Of a stretch of 34,279 bases of DNA, positions 1 to 7,827 are shown one piece after another (the first letter of the stretch is position 1; each line of letters begins with the position of its first letter). This DNA comes from an uncultured Gammaproteobacteria bacterium. Its GTDB lineage: Bacteria; Patescibacteriota; Patescibacteriia; Buchananbacterales; UBA6539. The translations under genes were made by a program, and so were the position numbers. The stretch is taken from positions 17,551 through 51,829 of the forward strand of contig CAYXZR010000004.1 of the NCBI GenBank assembly GCA_964470025.1. The letters run 5' to 3'. The notes beneath the pieces were generated by a model, which saw only the letters and a program-made list of their open reading frames with translations, was not told the DNA's origin and made no database searches.

Positions 1-1208
1 AAGGTGATACTTCCTTTTTCAATATCAATAAATCTAACCAGTAGTTTCACGAGGGTGGACTTACCACCTCCTGAAGGGCCAACAATAGCAATATGCTGGC
101 CAGATGCAATATGAAGATTAAAGTTATTGAATACGGCTTGCCCGGCTTTGTGATATGAGAAGTCAACGTTAGTTAGTTTGATTTCACCTTTTGGTGCATC
201 AAGCTTTTTGGCATTAACGGTGTTAGTGATTTCATTGGGTAGCTCGATAATTCGAGTCATTTCTTCTGCATCAGCAAAGCTTTCATATAGATTGCGTAGC
301 ATTCTACCAAACTCCCAAACACGGTTAAAGATCAGCATGAGGTATGACTGTATTAGAAAGAAGTCACCTAGTGTTATGGCACCAGCTTGCCAGATGAATA
401 ACGCATAAATTAGAAATCCTACCTCCAATGCAACCATGAGGAAATGCTGAAGGGTTTCAAACATATCCTCTAGAATCCATGTAAATTGTCTTAATCGCTG
501 TAGTCGGCCTGTGGTTTTTTGGAAGCCATGTTTTTCTCTTTGAAAGCTCGCAAATAGCTTTAGTGTTGAGTTGTTGGTAATAGTGTCAGCTAGGTAGCCT
601 GTGGAAATTGTCTCTGCTTCACTTCGCTTGATGTCGTATTTCATTTTGAATCGAGAGAAAAAGACATTTATGCTTAAGAAAAGCGTAATCCAGATCAAAA
701 TAATAATACCCAAGTACGTGTTTCGCTGAAATAGTACGGTAGTTGTGATAATGATCGTCGTAATTAGTGGGACAATATTCCAGGTGAGCTTGTCTGCAAT
801 GTTTTCAAACGCTTGACTGAACCACTTTACTTTTTTAACTAGTGAGCCAACAAAGTTATTATTGAAAAAATTTGTTGAATGTTTATGCAGTACGCTAAAA
901 CAATAGTCGCTAAGACTCTTAATAACTCTTGATTGGTAGTAGCCAGAGCCAAAAGTTGAGATACGCCATGCCGCCCACGAGGTCATTGATAAAATTGCCA
1001 CAATTGTTATTAATTCTAGTAGTCTTGCCGTGTTGGCGTTATCTGGTCCAAGTGCAAGAATATCAAAAAATTCTTTTAGATAAATAGGGACGATACTTTG
1101 TAGTCCGCTTGCAATAACAACACTTAGCATTACAACCCAGAAGACGAGCTTGTACTGCATCACGTGTCGCCAATATATAAGGAGTGTTTTTTTAGTTTTT
1201 GATTTCAT
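1..1208 (-). CDS. ABC transporter, fused permease + ATP-binding subunit (MsbA/multidrug exporter type), 3' end runs off the window
   Basis: Not in ORF track. Manual translation from ATG at 1208 gives MKSKTKKTLLIYWRHVMQYKLVFWVVMLSV..., then several hydrophobic segments and Walker A AIVGPSGGGKSTLVKLL near 45-90. Confidence 0.92.
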   Translation of the reverse strand, partial: MKSKTKKTLLIYWRHVMQYKLVFWVVMLSVVIASGLQSIVPIYLKEFFDILALGPDNANTARLLELITIVAILSMTSWAAWRISTFGSGYYQSRVIKSLSDYCFSVLHKHSTNFFNNNFVGSLVKKVKWFSQAFENIADKLTWNIVPLITTIIITTTVLFQRNTYLGIIILIWITLFLSINVFFSRFKMKYDIKRSEAETISTGYLADTITNNSTLKLFASFQREKHGFQKTTGRLQRLRQFTWILEDMFETLQHFLMVALEVGFLIYALFIWQAGAITLGDFFLIQSYLMLIFNRVWEFGRMLRNLYESFADAEEMTRIIELPNEITNTVNAKKLDAPKGEIKLTNVDFSYHKAGQAVFNNFNLHIASGQHIAIVGPSGGGKSTLVKLLVRFIDIEKGSIT

Positions 1209-1215
1209 GCTCATT

Positions 1216-1224
1216 ATTATAACA
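1216..1224 (-). promoter_or_regulatory. Extended -10 promoter (TGtTATAAT) 7 nt upstream of the ABC exporter ATG
   Basis: Consensus extended -10 read on the minus strand; the spacing implies a leaderless transcript. Confidence 0.6.
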
Positions 1225-1227
1225 TAC

Positions 1228-1252
1228 AAAAACAACCTTTTTGAGGTTGTTT
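1228..1252 (-). terminator. Intrinsic terminator of tRNA-Glu
   Basis: AAACAACCT/AGGTTGTTT inverted repeat directly after the CCA end, ending in a T-run on the minus strand. Confidence 0.65.
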
Positions 1253-1327
1253 GGTACCGCCACGGGGAATCGAACCCCGGTTTCCGCCGTGAGAGGGCAG
1301 CGTCCTAGACCGCTAGACGATGGCGGC
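1252..1327 (-). tRNA. tRNA-Glu (anticodon CTC)
   Basis: Reverse complement is GCCGCCATCGTCTAGCGGTCTAGGACGCTGCCCTCTCACGGCGGAAACCGGGGTTCGATTCCCCGTGGCGGTACCA (76 nt): acceptor stem GCCGCCA/TGGCGGT, anticodon loop CT-CTC-AC, T-loop GTTCGATTC, encoded CCA. Confidence 0.96.
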
Positions 1328-1390
1328 GTAATGGTGCAATACTACACAATTTTATGTATACTGTAAAGACTAAGCAATAATTTTTCATTT

Positions 1391-2173
1391 ATGAAGGTTT
1401 TACAAGTTATATTGATTGTGGGGTTGATAGCAGTTGGCGGTTTTTATGCCTTAAATAGTTATATTTATAATGAAAAACAGGCAGATGATGTGATGGTTGA
1501 AATCCATGATGAGGATGTGAAAATAACTCCTATTTCGCATGCTTCGATGGTGCTGGAGTGGGATGGGGAAGTGCTATATGTCGATCCGGTTGGTGAGCTA
1601 GAGCAGTATGTTGGTAATGAAGCTCCAGATGTGATTTTACTTACTGATATCCATGGTGATCACTTGAGCATCGCTACACTTGAAGGTTTGGTAACAGCCG
1701 ATACCATTATAGTTGCACCGCAGGCAGTTGCTGATGAGCTTACTGATGAGTTGAATAATTTAGTAGTGATAGTGGCAAATGGTGAAGTGTTTAGTTATGG
1801 TGAGTTTGATATTGAGGCGATTCCAATGTATAACCTTCCTGAATCGGAGGATTCTCGTCATGTAAAAGGTAGAGGTAATGGGTATGTTGTAGAAAATGAT
1901 AGTACCCGCCTATATATTGCAGGGGACACTGCTGATATTGCTGAGATGCGAGCCTTGCAGAATATTGATATTGCTTTTATTCCAATGAATTTGCCATATA
2001 CAATGGATGTGAATGCTGCAGCTGATGCTGTACTTGAGTTTGCGCCTGCAGCGGTGTATCCATATCACTATCGTACTCCTGAAGGATTTAGTGATGTAGA
2101 TGAGTTTATGAGATTAGTGAATGAAGGTAATAGTGCTATTGATGTAGTCATTCTTGATTGGTATTCAAATTAA
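1391..2173 (+). CDS. MBL-fold metallo-hydrolase (UlaG/Lactamase_B_3-like) with an N-terminal membrane anchor
   Basis: HASM, VDP, TDIHGDH metal motif, YIAGDT and YPYHY; hydrophobic N-terminus. Confidence 0.88.
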   Translation: MKVLQVILIVGLIAVGGFYALNSYIYNEKQADDVMVEIHDEDVKITPISHASMVLEWDGEVLYVDPVGELEQYVGNEAPDVILLTDIHGDHLSIATLEGLVTADTIIVAPQAVADELTDELNNLVVIVANGEVFSYGEFDIEAIPMYNLPESEDSRHVKGRGNGYVVENDSTRLYIAGDTADIAEMRALQNIDIAFIPMNLPYTMDVNAAADAVLEFAPAAVYPYHYRTPEGFSDVDEFMRLVNEGNSAIDVVILDWYSN

Positions 2174-2203
2174 AAAATAGTAAAGACATTTTTAGTTTCA
2201 TAT

Positions 2204-2698
2204 ATGCAAGTGCCAAAGCGTAAACCAGGTAAATACTCAGATCAGCAGACTGACTACCGAGTTACTCGTGAGAAATATAATTCTTTTTGCAAAGAATTAA
2301 AGCGACTTGAGAGTAAGCATCGTGATTTGGTAGCTGAAGTGCAGCGGCTAGCTGAGATGGGTGATTTTTCTGAAAATGCGGCGTATCAAATGGCGAAAGG
2401 TAAGTTGCGAGGATTGAATAATAGAATTTCTGAGTTAGAAGATGTGATCAAAAAAGCTGATATTATCGAGACACCTGCAAAAGGTATGGTTGGCTTAGGT
2501 AGTAAAGTGACCATTGATCTTGATGGGAAGCAGCAAACCTATACTATCCTAGGCTCAGCTGAAGCTGATCCGCTTAGAGGTATTATCTCAAGTAACTCAC
2601 CAATTGGTTCGGCTCTGATGGGGCATCGAGTAGGTGAGATGGCAATGATAAACATTGGCAGTAGAGAAACAAAATGTACTATCGTAGCAATTCATTAA
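2204..2698 (+). CDS. greA: Transcription elongation factor GreA
   Basis: GDFSENAAY coiled-coil tip and C-terminal EADP..GIIS..SPIG.AL motif. Confidence 0.92.
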   Translation: MQVPKRKPGKYSDQQTDYRVTREKYNSFCKELKRLESKHRDLVAEVQRLAEMGDFSENAAYQMAKGKLRGLNNRISELEDVIKKADIIETPAKGMVGLGSKVTIDLDGKQQTYTILGSAEADPLRGIISSNSPIGSALMGHRVGEMAMINIGSRETKCTIVAIH

Positions 2699-2726
2699 AA
2701 AAAGCCCGGCATGTGCCGGGCTTTTT
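2697..2726. terminator. Bidirectional intrinsic terminator between greA and typA
   Basis: AAAAAGCCCGGCA-TG-TGCCGGGCTTTTT, with A- and T-tracts on either side. Confidence 0.88.
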
Positions 2727-2729
2727 CAT

Positions 2730-4523
2730 TTAGTTTTTTGGACGGGCGCGTAAGCGTTCGTTTTCTTTTAGAATCTTTTTTCTGAGTCGTACGTTTTTTG
2801 GAGTGATTTCTAGATACTCATCGTCTTGCATTACTTCAAGTCCATTTTCAATTGTGATTTCAATCGGAGCAGTTAAGTTGATGGCATCATCAGAGCCAGA
2901 AGCACGCATGTTAGTGAGCTGCTTTCCTTTGGTTGGGTTAACGGCCATGTCTTCTCCTTTGGCGGTATTTCCGATTACCATGCCTTCGTATACTTCGATA
3001 TTTGGTTCAATGTATAGTTGACCTCTATTTTGAAGATTGTATAAAGCAAAGCCAAGAGCTTTTCCGGTTGCCATTGAAACCATTGCGCCAGTTGATTTTT
3101 TCTCGATGTTTCCAGCGTATGCTTTAAATCCAATTACTCGTGATGCCATGATGCCTTCACCTCGAGTATCAACGACAAATTGTCCTCTGTATCCAAGAAG
3201 TCCACGTGTTGGAACTTCAAAAAGGATTCTGGTTTGGCCATTGTGTTGCTGCATGTCAGTCATTTTTCCTGCGCGCTTTGAAAGTTTTTCGATAATTGTT
3301 CCTGAGAATTCAGTCGGGGTATCAATTGTCACTTCTTCAAATGGCTCGTGTTTTGCACCTTCAACCTCTTTGATGATTACGTGTGGCTGTGAAACTTGAA
3401 TTTCAAATCCTTCACGTCGCATGTTTTCAAGTAGAATTGCGATGTGCATTTCACCTCGGCCAAAAATTCTGTATCGATCTGCTTGTCCAAAGTCGATAGC
3501 GAGACCTACATTTACTTCTAGTTCTTTTTCTAGTCGTTCTTTAATTTTGCTGTTGGTGACATGTTTTCCTTCACGACCAGCAAACGGTGAGTTGTTAACC
3601 AATAGATCCATTGAAATAGTTGGCTCATCAATTGAAATTGCTGGTAGTGCTTCCTGGTCTTCTGATACACAGATGGTTTCTCCGATGTCGATATCTTCGA
3701 TTCCTGCGATCATTACAATATCTCCGGCAAGTGCAGTTTCTACTTCTTGCTTGTCGAATCCATGAAATGTTTGAATTTTTGTAATTGTTGATCGTCGAAT
3801 ACTGCCATCAGGATTTTTGATTACAACTTTTTGGCCTTTTGATACTTTACCTTCGTAAATTCTACCAATTGCAAGTCGACCAAGGAAATCGTCGTATCCT
3901 AGGTTGAATGGTTGCATTCTAAGTTGCGCTTCTGCATCAGCTGGTGCTGGAGTTACGTGTTCAATAATAGTGTCGAGTAGGGGGTTGAGGTCTTTTGAGT
4001 CATCAGAAAGTTTCTTTTTTGCGATACCCTGTACGCCAATTGCGTATACAGTGATAAAGTCGAGCTGCTCATCATTTGCACCAAGATCCATAAATAGCTC
4101 AAGTACTTGATCGTGTACTTTTGCTGGGTCTGCTGCTGGTTTGTCGATTTTATTAAGTACAACTATTGGTTTAATTCCAAGTTCAAGAGATTTTTTAAGT
4201 ACAAATCTTGTTTGTGGCATCGGTCCTTCCTGGGCGTCAACGATAAGAAGTACTGAGTCAATTGATCGCAGTACACGCTCTACTTCAGAGCTGAAGTCAG
4301 CGTGACCTGGAGTATCGACGATATTTACCTTAGTATCTCTGTAGAATAAAGAGGCATTTTTTGCATAAATAGTAATACCACGCTCTTGTTCAAGCGTGTT
4401 TGAGTCCATGCTGACTGAGTCATCGGTCATGCCGGTTTGTTGCATCATTGCATCAACTAAGGTAGTTTTACCGTGGTCAACGTGAGCAATAATAGCGATG
4501 TTTCGAATTTCTTGTTGTGTCAT
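2730..4523 (-). CDS. typA: Translational GTPase TypA/BipA
   Basis: IRNIAIIAHVDHGKTTLVD, ERGITI, DTPGH, NKID, GRGEMH, C-terminal EITPK.VRLRK; likely start is ATG 4523 (MTQQEIRN) rather than the track's 4574. Confidence 0.97.
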   Translation of the reverse strand: MTQQEIRNIAIIAHVDHGKTTLVDAMMQQTGMTDDSVSMDSNTLEQERGITIYAKNASLFYRDTKVNIVDTPGHADFSSEVERVLRSIDSVLLIVDAQEGPMPQTRFVLKKSLELGIKPIVVLNKIDKPAADPAKVHDQVLELFMDLGANDEQLDFITVYAIGVQGIAKKKLSDDSKDLNPLLDTIIEHVTPAPADAEAQLRMQPFNLGYDDFLGRLAIGRIYEGKVSKGQKVVIKNPDGSIRRSTITKIQTFHGFDKQEVETALAGDIVMIAGIEDIDIGETICVSEDQEALPAISIDEPTISMDLLVNNSPFAGREGKHVTNSKIKERLEKELEVNVGLAIDFGQADRYRIFGRGEMHIAILLENMRREGFEIQVSQPHVIIKEVEGAKHEPFEEVTIDTPTEFSGTIIEKLSKRAGKMTDMQQHNGQTRILFEVPTRGLLGYRGQFVVDTRGEGIMASRVIGFKAYAGNIEKKSTGAMVSMATGKALGFALYNLQNRGQLYIEPNIEVYEGMVIGNTAKGEDMAVNPTKGKQLTNMRASGSDDAINLTAPIEITIENGLEVMQDDEYLEITPKNVRLRKKILKENERLRARPKN

Positions 4524-4545
4524 ATATATGTGTTCAAGTTGGGCA

Positions 4546-4606
4546 ACTATAGCATACTTTTTAGTAAATAGCAAGACTTGACCTTTTTGTTTCTAAAACG
4601 TACTAT
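4546..4606. promoter_or_regulatory. Back-to-back sigma70 promoters for typA (-) and the DUF3276 gene (+)
   Basis: Minus strand: TTGCTA(4574-4569)-17 nt-TATAGT(4551-4546) with TG extension. Plus strand: TTGACC(4578-4583)-17 nt-TACTAT(4601-4606). Confidence 0.7.
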
Positions 4607-4709
4607 GTTCATACAATTCATTAAGTTTTCAACATAGCGCACGAGTTTCGTGGGCATTTTTTGTTTAACGAAATTGGTCGACTCGAACTTAGCTATTAAT
4701 TATATATTT

Positions 4710-4937
4710 ATGGAAAACGATAATAAGTTATTCTCACATACACTTAAGACAACCGGAAAGACCTATTTTTTTGATGTGTCAGAAGCTAAAAATGGATCGA
4801 AATACCTACGGGTCACTGAAAGCCGAAAGAGTGGTGAGGAATATATCCGAAAAGATATAACGCTATTTCCTGGTGCAGTTGATGATTTTGTGGCGGCACT
4901 CCAAGAGAGTGTGAAGGCGCTGCAAGTTGCTGAATAG
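4710..4937 (+). CDS. PUR-domain / DUF3276 family DNA/RNA-binding protein (BpuR-like), 75 aa
   Basis: GKTYFFDV.E...G.KYL..TESR motif; likely start is ATG 4710 (MENDNK). Confidence 0.85.
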   Translation: MENDNKLFSHTLKTTGKTYFFDVSEAKNGSKYLRVTESRKSGEEYIRKDITLFPGAVDDFVAALQESVKALQVAE

Positions 4938-4948
4938 TGTAATTAACG

Positions 4949-4990
4949 TTCAAAGTCTCTATTTTTACAGTAGAGACTTTGAATTTTTTT
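4949..4990 (+). terminator. Intrinsic terminator after the DUF3276 gene
   Basis: 13-bp stem TTCAAAGTCTCTA/TAGAGACTTTGAA followed by T7. Confidence 0.8.
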
Positions 4991-5014
4991 CTAAGCTGGT
5001 ATACTAACTTTTGT

Positions 5015-5515
5015 ATGGAGTTTTTAGACGTGTTACATTTAGATATAATTACTAAACTTGCTTTGGCAACTCTTTTTGGTGGACTTATTGGTTTGGAGCG
5101 AGAAGTTGATGGAAATGATGCCGGAGTTCGGACTCATATGCTTGTCTGTGTTGGGTCGGCGATTTTTGCTGCAGTTTCATTTGCGACAGAAGATGGGGGA
5201 TATAGAATCGCAGGGGCTATTGTTTCTGGTATTGGTTTTTTAGGGGCTGGTGCAATTTTTAAATCAAAATACAGTATTGCTAGCTTAACAACAGCAGCAG
5301 ACCTGTGGGTTGTGGCTGCAATTGGTTTATGTCTTGGATTTGGATTTATTGATGTAGCTACGGTTGCAACTATTTTAGTTTTATTGCTTTTGTTACTTAA
5401 GTATGTGCCTTTTTATGATCGATTGAAAAAAAGAAATGAGCAGCGTAGTGAAGAAAAAATTAAAGAAACAGTAGAGCTTGAGCACAAGCTTGAAGATGAA
5501 GCTCGTTCTAAGTAA
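5015..5515 (+). CDS. MgtC/SapB family membrane protein
   Basis: GGLIGLERE, AGVRTH.LV, RIA..IVSGIGFLGAG.I and LTTAA.LW motifs; likely start is ATG 5015. Confidence 0.93.
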   Translation: MEFLDVLHLDIITKLALATLFGGLIGLEREVDGNDAGVRTHMLVCVGSAIFAAVSFATEDGGYRIAGAIVSGIGFLGAGAIFKSKYSIASLTTAADLWVVAAIGLCLGFGFIDVATVATILVLLLLLLKYVPFYDRLKKRNEQRSEEKIKETVELEHKLEDEARSK

Positions 5516-5579
5516 TTACATTTGGGAACTTTAGTCCCATTTGGTATACTATATAAAGGTTACTCTTAATATATTTTTT

Positions 5580-5930
5580 ATGAATTTTATTTTACGATGG
5601 TTAGTTGGTGCATTGGCAATTGGTATCGCTGCATATATTGTGCCTAGTGTTAGTGTTGATGGGCTTGTAGCAGCTTTTATTGCAGCGCTGATTCTTGGTT
5701 TTGCAAATGCAGTAGTAAAACCAATTTTGGTAATTTTAACTTTACCTATTACTGTTGTTACTTTTGGCTTGTTTTTGATTGTGATCAACACACTTATGGT
5801 GTTATTGACTGCAGCGATTGTCCCGGGCTTTGCGGCTGAAGGTTTCTGGGTAGCATTTTTATTTAGTGTAGTGCTTTCAGTTATAACTTTTGTTTTGAAT
5901 GGTATTTTCAAAGATGAGTCAGCTTCTTAG
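5580..5930 (+). CDS. 4-TM phage-holin superfamily IV / YvlD-like membrane protein
   Basis: N..VKPIL.ILTLP....TFGLF..VIN motif and four hydrophobic helices; likely start is ATG 5580. Confidence 0.9.
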   Translation: MNFILRWLVGALAIGIAAYIVPSVSVDGLVAAFIAALILGFANAVVKPILVILTLPITVVTFGLFLIVINTLMVLLTAAIVPGFAAEGFWVAFLFSVVLSVITFVLNGIFKDESAS

Positions 5931-5953
5931 TATTTTTATCGTTAGCTATAAGT

Positions 5954-5978
5954 AAAACCCCGATGCCTCGGGGTTTTT
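5954..5978. terminator. Bidirectional intrinsic terminator
   Basis: AAAACCCCGA-TGCC-TCGGGGTTTTT between convergent genes. Confidence 0.85.
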
Positions 5979-6014
5979 GTTTGATTAAAAACAAGGTATA
6001 CTTAATTGTAGCTA

Positions 6015-6347
6015 TTATTTTTCTGGTAGACCTTCTATGAGCGATAGTATTTCAGTATAGTGTTTTTGAATAACTTCTTTGTTGCGATAATGTTTGGCAA
6101 AATCTTTCAAGGCATCTATTACTGTAATTAGGTCTTGTTTTGATGGATTTTCGTAATTTGTATCTGTTACTGTAAATGTTTCTTTAATTTTTTCCTTGAT
6201 AAATATCTTTCTGATCTCATCATTGTTATCTGCTTGAGGTAGGTCAATTTGCTCTTTGTGTGCTTGAAAGAAGCACTCGGTGATTGCATCCCGAACGTCT
6301 TTTGGTGTGTAGTTTTCAGCTTTATTTATACCGTATAGTACCGTCAT
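6015..6347 (-). CDS. Hypothetical small soluble, probably helical protein
   Basis: About 110-aa ORF fills the gap, with TGcTATACT upstream and a shared terminator downstream; start ATG 6347 (alternative 6371). Confidence 0.75.
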   Translation of the reverse strand: MTVLYGINKAENYTPKDVRDAITECFFQAHKEQIDLPQADNNDEIRKIFIKEKIKETFTVTDTNYENPSKQDLITVIDALKDFAKHYRNKEVIQKHYTEILSLIEGLPEK

Positions 6348-6386
6348 ATATTTAGTAATTATTTGTATCATTAGTATAGCATTATT

Positions 6387-7763
6387 ATGAGTAAAACGTT
6401 TCCACAGCCAATAGCACTCCGTAAGCTACTTGGCCCTAGTTTTGTCATATTGGCACTTGGGCTTGGTTCTGGGGAGGTAATTTTATGGCCATTTCTTACT
6501 GCAAATCATGGCTTGGGACTTGCGTGGGGAGCTTTAATCGGTATTACTTTTCAATACTTTATTAATATGGAGATTGAACGCTACGCACTTGTGAAGGGTG
6601 AGAGTGTGTTTGTCGGACTACATCGATTATGGAAATGGTCAGCGTATTGGTTTATACTCTCGACATTTATTGGATTTGCGCTTCCGGGAATTATTGCAGC
6701 ATCTGCGCAGGTCTTTGCTGCATTATTTGGGTTTAGTGATTTTAAATACTTAGCTATTCTTTTACTTCTTTCAATTGGTGTTATCTTGAGTATGAGTAAA
6801 ACGGTGTATGTATTGCTTGAGCGAATTACTAAGACGGTGATATTGGTTGGTGTACCATTTTTAATTGTACTTGTATTTATGTTAGCGGGTTCTGCTGATT
6901 GGAGTGCGCTGGGTGCTGGCTTAGTGGGTGTTGGGGATGGATATTTTGGATTACCTGAAGGGATAGTGTTAGCTACTTTTTTAGCTGCTTTTGCTTACTC
7001 TGGTGCAGGTGGAAATCTCAATCTCACTCAGTCGATTTACATCAAAGAAAAAGGATATGGTATGGGAGTGTATTCACAAAAGATAGCTGGGCTGTTTCGT
7101 TCAAACGTTGCACAAAAAGTTGAGCTTCAGGGACCCTCATATGTAGTGGATGATACATTTGTTGCACGATTTAAGAGTTGGTGGAAGATAATGAACAAGG
7201 AACACTTGCTTGTGTTTTGGTTTGTTGGCTTCGTGGCGATCTGCATGCTGATGCTCCTTTCGTTTGTTACTACCCATGGGTTAGAGAATAACGCAGAAGG
7301 GATTCAGTTTGTTATTAACGAAGGGCGTGCGATCAGTAGTTTATTAGGACCCTGGGTAGGCGCTGCATTTTTATTTGTTGCAGGAGTAATGCTTTTTCAA
7401 ACACAGTTAGGAATTTTGGATTCAACTTCACGTATTATGGCAGAAAATGCTGCATTAAGAATTATGGATAGAAAAAAGACAAGTACCATTAAGCTTTCAC
7501 GTCTGTATTTTATTTTTATCTGGTCACAAATTGCTTTTGGTGTTTTATTGTTTTTATTAAATATCTACGAACCAAAAACATTGATAGTGCTTGGTGCGGT
7601 GTTAAACGCAGTAGCCATGTTTGTTCATATTGGACTTGTGCAGTGGCTCAATCAAAAGTCGCTTGAAAAAGTATTTCGCCCAGCGACATGGAGAAAAGCA
7701 GTGCTTTTGTTAATCTTTTTATTTTTTGGAGTGTTTAGCTTCATAACACTGCTTACTATTTAG
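6387..7763 (+). CDS. NRAMP-like (APC superfamily) divalent metal or solute transporter
   Basis: LGPS...LALGLGSGE...WP N-terminal motif, EIERY, and about 11 TM segments. Confidence 0.82.
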   Translation: MSKTFPQPIALRKLLGPSFVILALGLGSGEVILWPFLTANHGLGLAWGALIGITFQYFINMEIERYALVKGESVFVGLHRLWKWSAYWFILSTFIGFALPGIIAASAQVFAALFGFSDFKYLAILLLLSIGVILSMSKTVYVLLERITKTVILVGVPFLIVLVFMLAGSADWSALGAGLVGVGDGYFGLPEGIVLATFLAAFAYSGAGGNLNLTQSIYIKEKGYGMGVYSQKIAGLFRSNVAQKVELQGPSYVVDDTFVARFKSWWKIMNKEHLLVFWFVGFVAICMLMLLSFVTTHGLENNAEGIQFVINEGRAISSLLGPWVGAAFLFVAGVMLFQTQLGILDSTSRIMAENAALRIMDRKKTSTIKLSRLYFIFIWSQIAFGVLLFLLNIYEPKTLIVLGAVLNAVAMFVHIGLVQWLNQKSLEKVFRPATWRKAVLLLIFLFFGVFSFITLLTI

Positions 7764-7827
7764 TTGAAAAAAACTGTATTTTATTGTATTCTTTAGTTAC
7801 TGAAATAATCTTTCAGGTGTAAAAGTT

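Noticed and set aside
178..408. 76-aa + strand ORF
   Set aside because: Antisense to the real minus-strand ABC exporter, which the track missed because it runs off the window edge
1252..1327. tRNA as the integration site of a genomic island
   Set aside because: No integrase and no duplicated tRNA 3' end were seen in the window
2803..4162. Chain of + strand ORFs (2803, 3037, 3421, 3904) and a short - strand ORF inside typA
   Set aside because: Antisense or alternate-frame shadows of a highly conserved gene; Ser/Ile/Pro-rich with no motifs. The same applies to the shadow ORFs within the ABC genes, prmC, prfA, rpsB, gap, pgk, eno, gpmI, the GT2s and mreB.
5580..5930. Holin-family gene as evidence of a prophage
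   Set aside because: This 4-TM family is common in chromosomes, and no endolysin, integrase or structural phage genes are nearby
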